Shown here in pieces: positions 4,970 through 13,902 of a stretch of 20,000 nt of DNA (position 1 is its first letter; every line of letters starts with the position of its first letter). The notes beneath the pieces are model-generated. The model saw only the letters and a program-made list of their open reading frames with translations. It was not told the DNA's origin and made no database searches. The translations under genes were made by a program, and so were the position numbers. Origin of the DNA: an uncultured virus (IMG/VR IMGVR_UViG_3300015610_000291) (taxonomy: Duplodnaviria > Heunggongvirae > Uroviricota > Caudoviricetes); the IMG/VR virus record IMGVR_UViG_3300015610_000291, positions 60,936 through 80,935 of that record; one strand, given 5' to 3'.

Positions 4970-5782
4970 ATGAGCAATAATGCACAACGTTATTCAGGTC
5001 ATGGTGATCGTGGTGTAAAAGGTCGTGGGAAGAAAGGTGATCGTAATACAAACAACCGTGAAAACAAAGTCAATCACGTTGGTAACTCAGAACCTAAACA
5101 AAAGTGGGAAGAAGATCGAGTAGAGCGTGGTAAAGCTATCCACATTCAGCCAAAGAACTTCCACCAAGAGCAGTTCTTAAAGAGTATGCGACAAAACATT
5201 ATCACTATCGGAACTGGCTCTGCTGGAACAGGAAAAAGTTACTTAGCTTGTCGATATGCTGCATCAGAATTGTTGGCTGGAAACATTCGTAAGATTATTA
5301 TTACACGACCTTATGTTGCTGTATCGAATCGTACAACAGGATATAAGCCTGGGGAAGATTTAGATAAACTTCGTCCTTTCGTATTACCTCTACTCGGTTA
5401 CTTATCTGAGGTGCTTGGTAAAGGTATGGTTGAAGAACAACTATTTCTTGCTGATAAGATTGAGTTAGCTCCTTTAGAATCTATACGCGGTCGAAACTTT
5501 GAGAACGCAATCCTAATTGTGGATGAGGCAGCTAACACAACGATTGGAGAGATACAAGCTCTTACAACACGAATTGGTGAGAACTGTCGTATTTTCTGTA
5601 TTGGTGATTGCGCACAATCGGATACACGAGAAAATGGTTTGAAGTGGTTTGAAGATTTGGTAATCAAACATTACATTCCTGATGTCGGTGTTGTTCGATT
5701 CAACCATGATGACATTGTTCGATCTGAGATGGTTAAGCAATTAGTTATAGCATTTGAACGGGAAGGTGGTTATGTCAGTTAA
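4970..5782 (+). CDS. phoH: PhoH-family ATPase
   Basis: Walker A GSAGTGKS, TRP, G(Y)KPG, APLESIRGRNF, VDEA, TRIGENC, GDCAQSD and DIVRS motifs are typical of PhoH. SD AAGGAG. Confidence 0.96.
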   Translation: MSNNAQRYSGHGDRGVKGRGKKGDRNTNNRENKVNHVGNSEPKQKWEEDRVERGKAIHIQPKNFHQEQFLKSMRQNIITIGTGSAGTGKSYLACRYAASELLAGNIRKIIITRPYVAVSNRTTGYKPGEDLDKLRPFVLPLLGYLSEVLGKGMVEEQLFLADKIELAPLESIRGRNFENAILIVDEAANTTIGEIQALTTRIGENCRIFCIGDCAQSDTRENGLKWFEDLVIKHYIPDVGVVRFNHDDIVRSEMVKQLVIAFEREGGYVS

Positions 5783-5797
5783 TAAAGGAGATTTGAA

Positions 5798-5986
5798 ATG
5801 ATTTATTTTGTATTTTGGTATTTAGTGTTTGTTCTCGCAATGACATCACTATTCGAGTTATACAAGTGTGTTTCTGTAAAAGGAACTAATGGAGAGAAAG
5901 TTGGTTTACTGATTGGAACGATCTTCCGACAAGGTGTTACAGCTATTTTCTTATACGCTGTTTATCCTGTATTACAATTTGTTTGA
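5798..5986 (+). CDS. Small membrane protein (2 predicted TM segments)
   Basis: 62-aa hydrophobic ORF, SD AAGGAG. Confidence 0.85.
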   Translation: MIYFVFWYLVFVLAMTSLFELYKCVSVKGTNGEKVGLLIGTIFRQGVTAIFLYAVYPVLQFV

Positions 5987-5999
5987 TAAGGAGATTTAA

Positions 6000-6674
6000 A
6001 TGACTAAACATAAAATGAATAACGAGTTTGATTTTGAAATGTTACAGATTCCTAATCAAATCTCTAAGCTACGAAATAAAGAGATTGTATCACAGTTTTA
6101 TGATTACAAATTGTTTGGAGACATCACAGAAGTTGATAATTACTTTGATTTAATTGATGTTCTTAACGATGCTTCTCCTGATGATGAATTTATTATTCGT
6201 ATTCATTCAGGAGGTGGTTTGTTAGGAACAGCAGACGTAATCATTAATGCGATCCAAACAACACAAGCTCACGTACATGGTCACATTGAGAGTTTATGTG
6301 GAAGTGCAGCAACAATGGTGTTCTTAGCTTGCCATTCTTACTCTGTTTCACCTCGATCTACCTTCTTCGTACATACTGCCTCGTCTGGTGCGATTGGTAA
6401 AGAGCATGAAAACTACGCTTCAATTATGTTTGATAGAAAACGAATCCACAGTGTAATTAAAGAAACTTATGCAGGATTGTTGACAGAGGGTGAGATTACT
6501 AATGTCTTAAACGGTCAAGACTACTACTTTGATGCTGAAGAACTTATGGAACGATTAGAGAAGTATTCTGATTATCAACGAGAGATGTTTGAATCTGAGT
6601 TAGAAGCTTTACAAAAGGAAGAAGAAGCCGAACAACCTTCACCAAAAGCTAAAAAGAAAATCTTGTTAAATTAA
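6000..6674 (+). CDS. ClpP-like serine protease subunit
   Basis: IRIHSGGG, catalytic Ser in CGSAATMVFLA, His in FFVH and DYYFDAEE match the ClpP/crotonase fold. Confidence 0.88.
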   Translation: MTKHKMNNEFDFEMLQIPNQISKLRNKEIVSQFYDYKLFGDITEVDNYFDLIDVLNDASPDDEFIIRIHSGGGLLGTADVIINAIQTTQAHVHGHIESLCGSAATMVFLACHSYSVSPRSTFFVHTASSGAIGKEHENYASIMFDRKRIHSVIKETYAGLLTEGEITNVLNGQDYYFDAEELMERLEKYSDYQREMFESELEALQKEEEAEQPSPKAKKKILLN

Positions 6675-6704
6675 TTGACACATAAGGATGTGGTGAGGTA
6701 AACT
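6675..6704 (+). promoter_or_regulatory. Putative promoter overlapping the terminator
   Basis: TTGACA-18 bp-TAAACT. Confidence 0.55.
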
Positions 6705-6722
6705 TGCTGCATCCTATTTTTA
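6685..6722 (+). terminator. Intrinsic terminator
   Basis: AGGATGTGGTGAG-GTAAA-CTTGCTGCATCCT followed by ATTTTT. Confidence 0.75.
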
Positions 6723-6740
6723 TGTTTGAAGGAGAAGTAA

Positions 6741-7124
6741 ATGTTGTCGTTATTGGAAAGGGTTAAGAACACCTTACAGTTAATACCAAATGAGTTTAGT
6801 GAACAAGAGATAACTCAAATCAAAGACATTTTTGGAGGAAATCTTCACAGTAAAAAGGCTTATTCTTTATATAACCCAGACAAATTGCTATCAGAATCTT
6901 GTCAATGGTATGATGACATACTTTATGTAGATTATGGATATGAAACAAGCTTGACAATTCGAAAAGGTGTTGTGACGGTAAATAAATACAGACTTTCTTA
7001 TACTAGAAAAGATCCAATAAGTTATATTCCAGTACAACACGGATTATTTTCTTTTGAAGAGACTTGGGAGACTTTAGATGATCTTAGAACGATAGCAACT
7101 AAATGGAAAGGACATGGAAATTAA
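6741..7124 (+). CDS. Hypothetical protein
   Basis: 127-aa ORF, SD AAGGAG. Confidence 0.85.
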   Translation: MLSLLERVKNTLQLIPNEFSEQEITQIKDIFGGNLHSKKAYSLYNPDKLLSESCQWYDDILYVDYGYETSLTIRKGVVTVNKYRLSYTRKDPISYIPVQHGLFSFEETWETLDDLRTIATKWKGHGN

Positions 7125-7458
7125 AGATATTATTGAACAACAGAAACTAGAGAAAGCTCTTGAACGTAGTAAGAAGAAGCAAGATGATTTTACACGTAAA
7201 GAGTTTCTTAAAGATTGTTATAAGTTTTGGAAGGAATACAAGAAAATTGAACATCCTTACACTTGGTGGTCAGGTTGGTTTAGTTTATGGAACATGATTG
7301 ATACTTTTTATTTAGATTGGTACAGATTAGACGCTCCTAAAGCCTACAAACAAAATAGTTGGTTTGAAAACAAGTGGAAAGTGACTGATGAAATGTTCCA
7401 TGTAAGGGTGTATAGAAAAGCTGATCCAAAAGAAAGAAGTATTTACTTTCATTATTGA
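7114..7458 (+). CDS. Hypothetical Trp-rich protein
   Basis: 114-aa ORF overlapping the previous stop. Confidence 0.8.
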   Translation: MEIKDIIEQQKLEKALERSKKKQDDFTRKEFLKDCYKFWKEYKKIEHPYTWWSGWFSLWNMIDTFYLDWYRLDAPKAYKQNSWFENKWKVTDEMFHVRVYRKADPKERSIYFHY

Positions 7459-7474
7459 CAAAGGAAAACTAATT

Positions 7475-7627
7475 ATGTTAGATTATATTGTAAGGTTGTT
7501 TTGTATGATTCTAGGGGTATTGTTAGTTATCGCAATAATTCCTCTGGTTGTCGTATTTATTGGACATGTAGTATGCGCTATGCTAGTGTTCTATGTGATT
7601 TGGTTTATTATTTTGTTATTTAAATAG
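7475..7627 (+). CDS. Small hydrophobic membrane protein (50 aa)
   Basis: MLDYIVRLFCMILGVLLVIAIIPLVVVFIGHVVCAMLVFYVIWFIILLFK, SD AAGGA, fills the gap between genes. Not in the ORF track. Confidence 0.75.
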   Translation: MLDYIVRLFCMILGVLLVIAIIPLVVVFIGHVVCAMLVFYVIWFIILLFK

Positions 7628-7637
7628 GAGATGTGAA

Positions 7638-7949
7638 ATGTTATTAAATATTGAAGCTAAAGAAATAAACGGTTATAAAATCTTTGACATTCTTGATGAT
7701 GGTATATATGTTGCTAAGTCAAAAGAAGATTTAATGGAGTATGTACGAAATTACGGTAACGTTGAAGAAGTTTACGGTGTAACTGAACAAGAACTTTTTG
7801 ATGAAATTGAAGAAATTCCTTTAACTTCAGATGAAGTTGTTACTGCTAAAAATTGGGATCACGATTACTGTAAATGTATTTATGATATTTATAAGAGTAT
7901 TGCAGAAAATGATAGTGGTACAGAAATTATCTTAACTTATAATGCTTAA
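7638..7949 (+). CDS. Hypothetical acidic protein
   Basis: 103-aa ORF, SD AGGAG. Confidence 0.85.
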   Translation: MLLNIEAKEINGYKIFDILDDGIYVAKSKEDLMEYVRNYGNVEEVYGVTEQELFDEIEEIPLTSDEVVTAKNWDHDYCKCIYDIYKSIAENDSGTEIILTYNA

Positions 7950-7960
7950 GGAGACACAGA

Positions 7961-8302
7961 ATGAGTAATCTTAAAAACAAAACAATCGTAATTGTATTTG
8001 AGAATAAATCTGACGAGATCGAAGAACAAGCTGTTAGTGTTTATCAGAAACTTAAAGGATTAGATTTAAATGCAATGTTTGGAACAAGTAAGAATCAACT
8101 TGCTTTAATCGAACAATATGGATATGATTTAGTTTATCTATTCTTGTACGATGGAAAAGAGGTTATGCACCCATCACAAGGCGAATCGTTATACCATCTT
8201 TACGATGTGACACAACCGAATAACTTTTGGTTAGATGATTTTACAAGAGTGTTTGATGCTGTAGCTTATTTTGAAGCTGTTGAAGAGGAATTAAGAGTAT
8301 GA
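7961..8302 (+). CDS. Hypothetical protein
   Basis: 113-aa ORF, SD AAGGAG. Confidence 0.85.
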   Translation: MSNLKNKTIVIVFENKSDEIEEQAVSVYQKLKGLDLNAMFGTSKNQLALIEQYGYDLVYLFLYDGKEVMHPSQGESLYHLYDVTQPNNFWLDDFTRVFDAVAYFEAVEEELRV

Positions 8303-8487
8303 AAGTATACACATTAAACTCTTTTGCTCAAGATGATGAAACAGGACGCTTCACTGAGTATTACGATAATCATGGAGTATTCATTATGAAGCATTATGCT
8401 GAACAGTTTGCAGATCAACATGCTTTAGAACACCAAGAAGTGTTTGGTGAAACTTTACATTATGTCATTGAGGAGTTTGAATTGTGA
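8299..8487 (+). CDS. Hypothetical acidic protein
   Basis: 62-aa ORF, ATGA overlap, SD GAGGA. Confidence 0.8.
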   Translation: MKVYTLNSFAQDDETGRFTEYYDNHGVFIMKHYAEQFADQHALEHQEVFGETLHYVIEEFEL

Positions 8488-8630
8488 TATTTAAATTCCT
8501 AAAACAACTGATATGTTTCCATAAATATGAAAGTGAATACGATAATACACCAAGCGTATTTGATGATGAGTGGTATGAACGGTGCAGATATTGTGGTAAA
8601 GAACGTAAGGTAAAGAAAGTTATTATTTAA
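8484..8630 (+). CDS. Small zinc-ribbon-like protein (CxH...CxxC, DUF1660-like pattern), 48 aa
   Basis: GTG start with GTGA overlap and SD GAGGAG. MIFKFLKQLICFHKY...ERCRYCGKERK. Not in the ORF track. Confidence 0.75.
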   Translation: MIFKFLKQLICFHKYESEYDNTPSVFDDEWYERCRYCGKERKVKKVII

Positions 8631-8640
8631 GGAGAAAGTT

Positions 8641-8901
8641 ATGCAATTATTATATATCAACTCTGATTTTGATGAACATGAATTAGAAACCAAAGTATAC
8701 ACATCTATTGAAGATTTTGTAAAAGATAGAATCGGTATTGCTTATAATATTACAGACTTAGAAATTCTAGCCGAAGATAGTGATAATATGGATGAGATAT
8801 TTGTCTTAGAGTTATTGAAGACAGGTTCACATGAAGGTGAGTGGAGTACAGAAGAAGTTTGGTTACTAGAAGATGGTAAATTCAAACAAGGCATTATTTA
8901 A
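8641..8901 (+). CDS. Hypothetical acidic protein
   Basis: 86-aa ORF, SD AAGGAG. Confidence 0.85.
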   Translation: MQLLYINSDFDEHELETKVYTSIEDFVKDRIGIAYNITDLEILAEDSDNMDEIFVLELLKTGSHEGEWSTEEVWLLEDGKFKQGII

Positions 8902-8912
8902 GGAGGTAGGGT

Positions 8913-10352
8913 ATGGCTAACGTTTTCTTCATCGGAGACATTCACGGAGGACACAAGAATGTCCATAAATTCCGTAAACAGTTCGATTCAGAAGAAGATC
9001 ATTACCAACACGTAAAAGATAACTTTCACAAAGTTGTTAAGAAACGAGATAAGGTTTTCTTTATGGGAGATACAGCATTCACATTAGAGAGGTTGAAAGA
9101 TATTTCTACATGGGTTTGTGATCGTAAGGTGCTTATTTGTGGAAATCATTGTCACACTGAAGACACAGAACTATTAACATCAAAAGGATTTGTTAATGTA
9201 GGCGAAATTACAAAAGATTGTGAAGTAGCTTCTGTTGACTTGAGCAGTGGTATTATGGAATTTGTAAAACCTTTGAGGGTTGTTGTAAATGAGAGTTCTC
9301 AGACATATTCTGTTAAAGGTGTTTGGTTAGATGAGAGGGTTTCAAGTGGTCATAATATTGTGTTAGACGGTAAATTAACTCCTGTTAAGGACTCCGTTGG
9401 TTCTTACACAAATCAAAGATTTACGCTTTCAGCTAAATGTAAAGGTTTGGGAGTTGAAACCACCAATAATATGATTAGACTGTTGACATGGATCGTAATG
9501 GATGGGACGCTTGTAAGATGCTCAGATAAAAAGACAAGAGTTCAATTTAAACTATCAAAGGAGAGAAAAATTGAACGCCTTGAAAATTTGTTATTAGAGA
9601 TGGGAGTTCCTTATACTAAGAGGATGTGTAAGAAATGTGGGGTAAATAAGTTACAACCGTATTATATCAGAATTTACGGAGAATACTCCTTGATGCTACA
9701 TAAGATTCTTGAGGATAAGAAACAGTTACCTAACTCATGGAGAAACTTATCTGAAGAGCAGGTGAAAGTCTTTCTTGAAGAATTATCTGTAACGGACGCA
9801 ACAAAAGAGGTTAATAAAATTCGTTGGAATACAACTTCAAAGAATGATGTAGATGTTGTTCAAGAAGCTTGCGTAAAAAATGGAATTTCATTTTATTTTG
9901 AAGAAAGACAAAATATTAGTGGTTTTAAGAACGGTAAACAGCAGTACGTTTGTAGTATTTGTGATGGTACAAATATTATTTCAAGTAAGGCTGTAACTAT
10001 TGAACCAACAGGCTGTTTAGAAAGAACGGTAGGTGTTACTGTGAAACATGGAACAGTTGTTTCTAGAAGAAACGGTAAGGTTTCAGTAACAGGTAATTGC
10101 ACAGACAACATCCCTATGAAGGTGTTATGTGAATACTTTGACGAAGTATACTCTTTGTATAAATGGCATGAGTTTTGGTTATCTCACTGTCCAATCCATC
10201 CAGACGAGTTACGTGGTAAAGTGAACTTACATGCACACGTTCATCACGCTACACTGAACGATAAACGTTATTTCAACACAAGTTTAGAGAACACAGGATT
10301 TTATCCAGTTGATTTAAACTTTATCCGTTCTGAAATTAAGTTGTTTGATTAG
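8913..10352 (+). CDS. Calcineurin-like metallophosphoesterase interrupted by an intein (about 163 aa after splicing)
   Basis: Motifs GDIH, MGD, GNH, LSHCPIHP and HAHVH. A 316-aa insertion follows GNH directly. Confidence 0.92.
   Translation: MANVFFIGDIHGGHKNVHKFRKQFDSEEDHYQHVKDNFHKVVKKRDKVFFMGDTAFTLERLKDISTWVCDRKVLICGNHCHTEDTELLTSKGFVNVGEITKDCEVASVDLSSGIMEFVKPLRVVVNESSQTYSVKGVWLDERVSSGHNIVLDGKLTPVKDSVGSYTNQRFTLSAKCKGLGVETTNNMIRLLTWIVMDGTLVRCSDKKTRVQFKLSKERKIERLENLLLEMGVPYTKRMCKKCGVNKLQPYYIRIYGEYSLMLHKILEDKKQLPNSWRNLSEEQVKVFLEELSVTDATKEVNKIRWNTTSKNDVDVVQEACVKNGISFYFEERQNISGFKNGKQQYVCSICDGTNIISSKAVTIEPTGCLERTVGVTVKHGTVVSRRNGKVSVTGNCTDNIPMKVLCEYFDEVYSLYKWHEFWLSHCPIHPDELRGKVNLHAHVHHATLNDKRYFNTSLENTGFYPVDLNFIRSEIKLFD
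9150..10097 (+). mobile_element. Intein with LAGLIDADG (DOD) homing endonuclease domain
   Basis: N-terminus CHTEDTELLTSKGF (block A), VSSGHNIV (block B His), IRLLTWIVMDGT and FLEELSVTDA (LAGLIDADG-like blocks C and E), C-terminus VVSRRNGKVSVTGN followed by +1 Cys. Confidence 0.93.
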
Positions 10353-10362
10353 GAGAACACAA

Positions 10363-10611
10363 ATGGAACAGAAAGAAATGATTGCTCTAAATGATCTTCG
10401 TAAAGCTTTGTTATCCATTAATGGAGCTTTTCTTAGATTGGGGGTAAATAAAGATGATGTGTTAATTGTACTACCTGTTGGTGACTTTACATACTTTAGT
10501 AATGTACTATCTTCAGGAGTTGGAACACTGTCTAATTTCTATATTAAAGTGAGTGAAGATGAATTTACTTTATCAGGGTTGAGGGTTACAAAGCTAGCAA
10601 CTAAGGGTTAA
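10363..10611 (+). CDS. Hypothetical protein
   Basis: Start reassigned to the ATG at 10363 (SD AGGAG). Confidence 0.8.
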   Translation: MEQKEMIALNDLRKALLSINGAFLRLGVNKDDVLIVLPVGDFTYFSNVLSSGVGTLSNFYIKVSEDEFTLSGLRVTKLATKG

Positions 10612-10621
10612 GGAGTGGTAT

Positions 10622-10876
10622 ATGATTACAAAAATCATTGATGGGTTGTACGGAACAGACTGGACTAAAGTTTATGAAGTTAGAAAAGGAGGTTGTTATT
10701 GCCTTTCCCTTACAACAGACTTAGAAACTTATTTAGAAGTTGAAGGTAGTGAAGAAGAGTGTGTTGATGAATTTATCAAAGAACTCAAAAGTAGTAATTT
10801 GATTTATGATTGCACAGTTTATGTAAAGCAAGAGAAAAGATTAAAGAGTGGTGGTGATTATGGCAACACAACATGA
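10622..10876 (+). CDS. Hypothetical protein
   Basis: 84-aa ORF, SD AAGGAG. Confidence 0.8.
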   Translation: MITKIIDGLYGTDWTKVYEVRKGGCYCLSLTTDLETYLEVEGSEEECVDEFIKELKSSNLIYDCTVYVKQEKRLKSGGDYGNTT

Positions 10877-11309
10877 ATTAGATATTGTTTATATGTCAAA
10901 TGCGGTCAACATGGCTACTTTGTCTAAAGCTGTAAGAAAGAAAGTTGGGTGTGTTTTAGTTACTCCAGAATCTATTCAAATAGGTTCATTTAACGGAACA
11001 CCTAGTGGGTGGGATAATAATTGTGAATATGAAGAAGTTACAGATGACCCTCACTTTAAACCAGATACGTTTTTAGTGAGCAAGCCTACCGTAATACATG
11101 CAGAACTCAACGCAATCCTTCATGCTGCTCGTCAAGGAGTAAGTGTTAAAGGAGCAACTTTATACACAACATTGAGTTGCTGTGTGCAATGTAGTGCAAT
11201 GGTCGCTCAAGCTGGCGTTAAGAGAGTCGTGTACAAGGAAGAATACAGAGATCGTTCTGGTATCAATCTGCTTATAGAAAATGACATCATAGTAGAAAAA
11301 CTTACATAA
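10860..11309 (+). CDS. dCMP deaminase
   Basis: VGCVLV, SFNGTPSG, HAELNAI and TLSCCVQC zinc motifs. Likely start ATG 10860 after GGTGGTGA. Confidence 0.93.
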   Translation: MATQHELDIVYMSNAVNMATLSKAVRKKVGCVLVTPESIQIGSFNGTPSGWDNNCEYEEVTDDPHFKPDTFLVSKPTVIHAELNAILHAARQGVSVKGATLYTTLSCCVQCSAMVAQAGVKRVVYKEEYRDRSGINLLIENDIIVEKLT

Positions 11310-11314
11310 ACGTA

Positions 11315-11348
11315 TTGACATCTTGAAGAATAAGCTTTAGGATGTTTT
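11315..11348 (+). promoter_or_regulatory. Promoter overlapping a terminator-like hairpin
   Basis: TTGACA-17 bp-TAGGAT. Hairpin ACATCTTGAAG/CTTTAGGATGT followed by TTT. Confidence 0.6.
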
Positions 11349-11370
11349 AAAAACAAAGGAGATTTTTAAA

Positions 11371-11622
11371 ATGAAATTTAGTAAAGAACAAATTACTCAC
11401 ATTGGTACATTTGAGAACGGAGCTACAACATACATGCGAAAGAATAAGTGTGGACAATGGAATGTTTTAACTCTTGATCGCAAAGGATACCGATGGGATA
11501 TGTTGAATTACTTAAATTATCCAAAGTCAATTTACGAGGTAACACAAAAAGAGCTAGAAGATCACGTATTTGAATCAACACGGCAATTAAAGGAGACAAA
11601 ACATGAAAAATCTAATTCTTAA
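11371..11622 (+). CDS. Hypothetical protein
   Basis: 83-aa ORF, SD AAGGAG. Confidence 0.85.
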   Translation: MKFSKEQITHIGTFENGATTYMRKNKCGQWNVLTLDRKGYRWDMLNYLNYPKSIYEVTQKELEDHVFESTRQLKETKHEKSNS

Positions 11623-11968
11623 TATATTCTCTGTAATATTGTTATCATGTCACCCTGTTTCTGTATCTGCTGAAGTAATTGATAACAGCTTAAACGTTAC
11701 AGGATTACAACTAACATTATGTGAAGAAATAGCTGATTTCTCTCAGAGTGTTTCATTAGCACATCAACATAACATCTCTTACGAATATGTTAAAAGTATT
11801 GCTCCAGAAGCTAATACACAAGCAGAGAAGCATATTAAGATTGTTCTTGATGCAATTATGTACGAAGCATATCAACTCCCTATTGTTGAAGGCAATGTAG
11901 ATAAGATGCTATTGAGTGAAGAGTTTAGTAAACAAGTTTATTTGGTTTGTGTAGGAGACTGGGTATGA
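11603..11968 (+). CDS. Putative exported/periplasmic protein with a signal peptide
   Basis: N-terminal MKNLILNIFSVILLSCHPVSVSA signal-like sequence, SD AAGGAG. Confidence 0.8.
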   Translation: MKNLILNIFSVILLSCHPVSVSAEVIDNSLNVTGLQLTLCEEIADFSQSVSLAHQHNISYEYVKSIAPEANTQAEKHIKIVLDAIMYEAYQLPIVEGNVDKMLLSEEFSKQVYLVCVGDWV

Positions 11969-12150
11969 TTAAGAAGTTTAAAGAAGTGACGCTTGAGTTA
12001 CATACAGACAATTTAGGAAAACATAACATTAGATTAGACAATGTTCTAAATGGTCAATATATTAATCTACTAACAACAACAGATAAATTACAAGCGTTGG
12101 TGTTGTTTCAGGATTTATACGATGTGTTAGAAAAACATAAGGAGAATTAA
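11965..12150 (+). CDS. Hypothetical protein
   Basis: Start reassigned to ATG 11965 (ATGA overlap, SD AGGAG). Confidence 0.8.
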   Translation: MIKKFKEVTLELHTDNLGKHNIRLDNVLNGQYINLLTTTDKLQALVLFQDLYDVLEKHKEN

Positions 12151-12153
12151 TTT

Positions 12154-12561
12154 ATGGAAATTGCTACATTAATCTTCATCTTATCTTTCTTAGCTATTGT
12201 TGCTACATTAGTTGTATCGGCAACACGATATATGTGTGAGCAGAAGAGTAAGGTAAGTAGAAATAGTTATAGTTTAACAAAAGAGAAAGCTGAACGAATC
12301 TCTAAGAATACAGAAATGTCATACTTAACTAAATACGGACAAAACTGTAACTCTGAATCTACAGAAATACTTGCAGATAGAGAAATAAGCAACCCTATTG
12401 TTGGTAAACTCTCTTATGAACTTGACACTTCTTGGTATCAAAAAGAAGTAAACGAAACACAAGAGAAATGGAAACTCACCATTCCTAAACATTCAACACG
12501 TATTAAGAATCGTAATAAACGTAAAGGACGCAGTAAAGGTGTCAGGAGTAAGAAGAAATGA
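12154..12561 (+). CDS. Membrane-anchored protein with a basic C-terminal tail
   Basis: N-terminal TM helix, K/R-rich tail, SD AAGGAG. Confidence 0.85.
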   Translation: MEIATLIFILSFLAIVATLVVSATRYMCEQKSKVSRNSYSLTKEKAERISKNTEMSYLTKYGQNCNSESTEILADREISNPIVGKLSYELDTSWYQKEVNETQEKWKLTIPKHSTRIKNRNKRKGRSKGVRSKKK

Positions 12562-12824
12562 AAGTTTATATCTTAAAATCTGTAGATTGGGAATTAAATA
12601 AATACACAGAAGGGGTATTCTCATCTTTTTCAGCAATGGTTACATGGTTAAAGAATGAACATGGTTATGAATCTGAATTAGATGAATCTTCAAACGAGTT
12701 ATACGGTGTATTTAAGAAAGAGACCAACCTAGAGAGTCTGATGGAGACTTTTAAACTTCATTATGAAGTGCATGATCTAATCGGAGAACAATGTTCTCGT
12801 ACTGGTTGTTTGAAGTTAGATTAG
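12558..12824 (+). CDS. Hypothetical protein
   Basis: 88-aa ORF, ATGA overlap, SD AGGAG. Confidence 0.8.
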   Translation: MKVYILKSVDWELNKYTEGVFSSFSAMVTWLKNEHGYESELDESSNELYGVFKKETNLESLMETFKLHYEVHDLIGEQCSRTGCLKLD

Positions 12825-12832
12825 GAGGTTTT

Positions 12833-13003
12833 ATGGAAACAGTGTATTACTTTATAATCTACACATTGTTATTGGTGTTCTGTATAGGAAAACTTCTACT
12901 CATATTTGGTCAAGACCCTAAGTCACCGATTATGAAAACTTTAACTGTGTTACTTATACTCACTTTCTGTGTTGGGTTTGCTTTAACACCGTTTATAATT
13001 TAA
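12833..13003 (+). CDS. Small membrane protein (2 predicted TM segments)
   Basis: Start reassigned to ATG 12833 after AGGAGG. Confidence 0.8.
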   Translation: METVYYFIIYTLLLVFCIGKLLLIFGQDPKSPIMKTLTVLLILTFCVGFALTPFII

Positions 13004-13024
13004 GGGCTTAATTGCCCTTTTTCT
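13002..13024 (+). terminator. Intrinsic terminator
   Basis: AAGGGC-TTAATT-GCCCTT followed by a T run. Confidence 0.75.
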
Positions 13025-13046
13025 TTGCCTATTATTTAATAAAGTA

Positions 13047-13075
13047 TTGACAAATTAATTTTATAACCTTAGAAT
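13047..13075 (+). promoter_or_regulatory. sigma70-type promoter
   Basis: TTGACA-17 bp-TAGAAT. Confidence 0.8.
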
Positions 13076-13104
13076 ACAAATATGTTTAATTAAAGGAGAT
13101 TGTT

Positions 13105-13497
13105 ATGAATATTAAAGAACGTATCAAACAAGATATTGCTAAGTTGACAGTATCCGAAGAAATTGAGATGTTACGTGTTGCCTTAAAAGACTATATAGTG
13201 CAATTAAACACTTACTTGTATCAACAAAGCAATATGACTTTTGATTATTATGGCGGTTGTTTTCATAATCATGGATATTTTGATTTCGATAAGGATGTTC
13301 TATTTCACCTAGATTGTGGTAATAACTCGGTTACAGTTCGACTTTGGTGTAATACGGCTTTTGATGCTGAGTTTAAATTCTTTGCTAAGACAGGTAACTT
13401 AACATACTGGTCACACACAGTTAAATCTTTACAAACTAAAGACAAGATAAAAGATTTAGTGCAGAACATTAATAAACGAGTAAAGGAGTTACAATGA
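13105..13497 (+). CDS. Hypothetical protein
   Basis: 130-aa ORF, SD AAGGAG. Confidence 0.85.
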   Translation: MNIKERIKQDIAKLTVSEEIEMLRVALKDYIVQLNTYLYQQSNMTFDYYGGCFHNHGYFDFDKDVLFHLDCGNNSVTVRLWCNTAFDAEFKFFAKTGNLTYWSHTVKSLQTKDKIKDLVQNINKRVKELQ

Positions 13498-13901
13498 AAT
13501 TACTACAGAAAGATACACAAATAACTTGGACAGTAGACAACCTACTTAAAGAAGGTTTTATTAAGGTAGGAAGTAAAACTTATGAGGAATATTGGAAGAA
13601 TACAAAGACAGATGATATTTTAACTCTTTCTGTTGTTGATGATTATGAAATTAAGGATGTTAATATAGAAGTAACTAGAAAGATAAATGGTTATTCTGTC
13701 TCACTAAAGAAACCAAATGTGATAGAGTTGTATATTGATGGGTGGTTAGCACGTTGTAGTAACAGCTATGATAACTTACAAGCAAGGTTGTTTGAATTAC
13801 TCTTTGACAAGATTCCTTTAACAGACAGGACAACCAAAGAAGTTATGGAATTATACTTTAACATACAATTACTATTTGATATTGCAAAACAGGAGCTATG
13901 A
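13494..13901 (+). CDS. Hypothetical protein
   Basis: 135-aa ORF, ATGA overlap, SD AAGGAG. Confidence 0.85.
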   Translation: MKLLQKDTQITWTVDNLLKEGFIKVGSKTYEEYWKNTKTDDILTLSVVDDYEIKDVNIEVTRKINGYSVSLKKPNVIELYIDGWLARCSNSYDNLQARLFELLFDKIPLTDRTTKEVMELYFNIQLLFDIAKQEL

Positions 13902-13902
13902 A

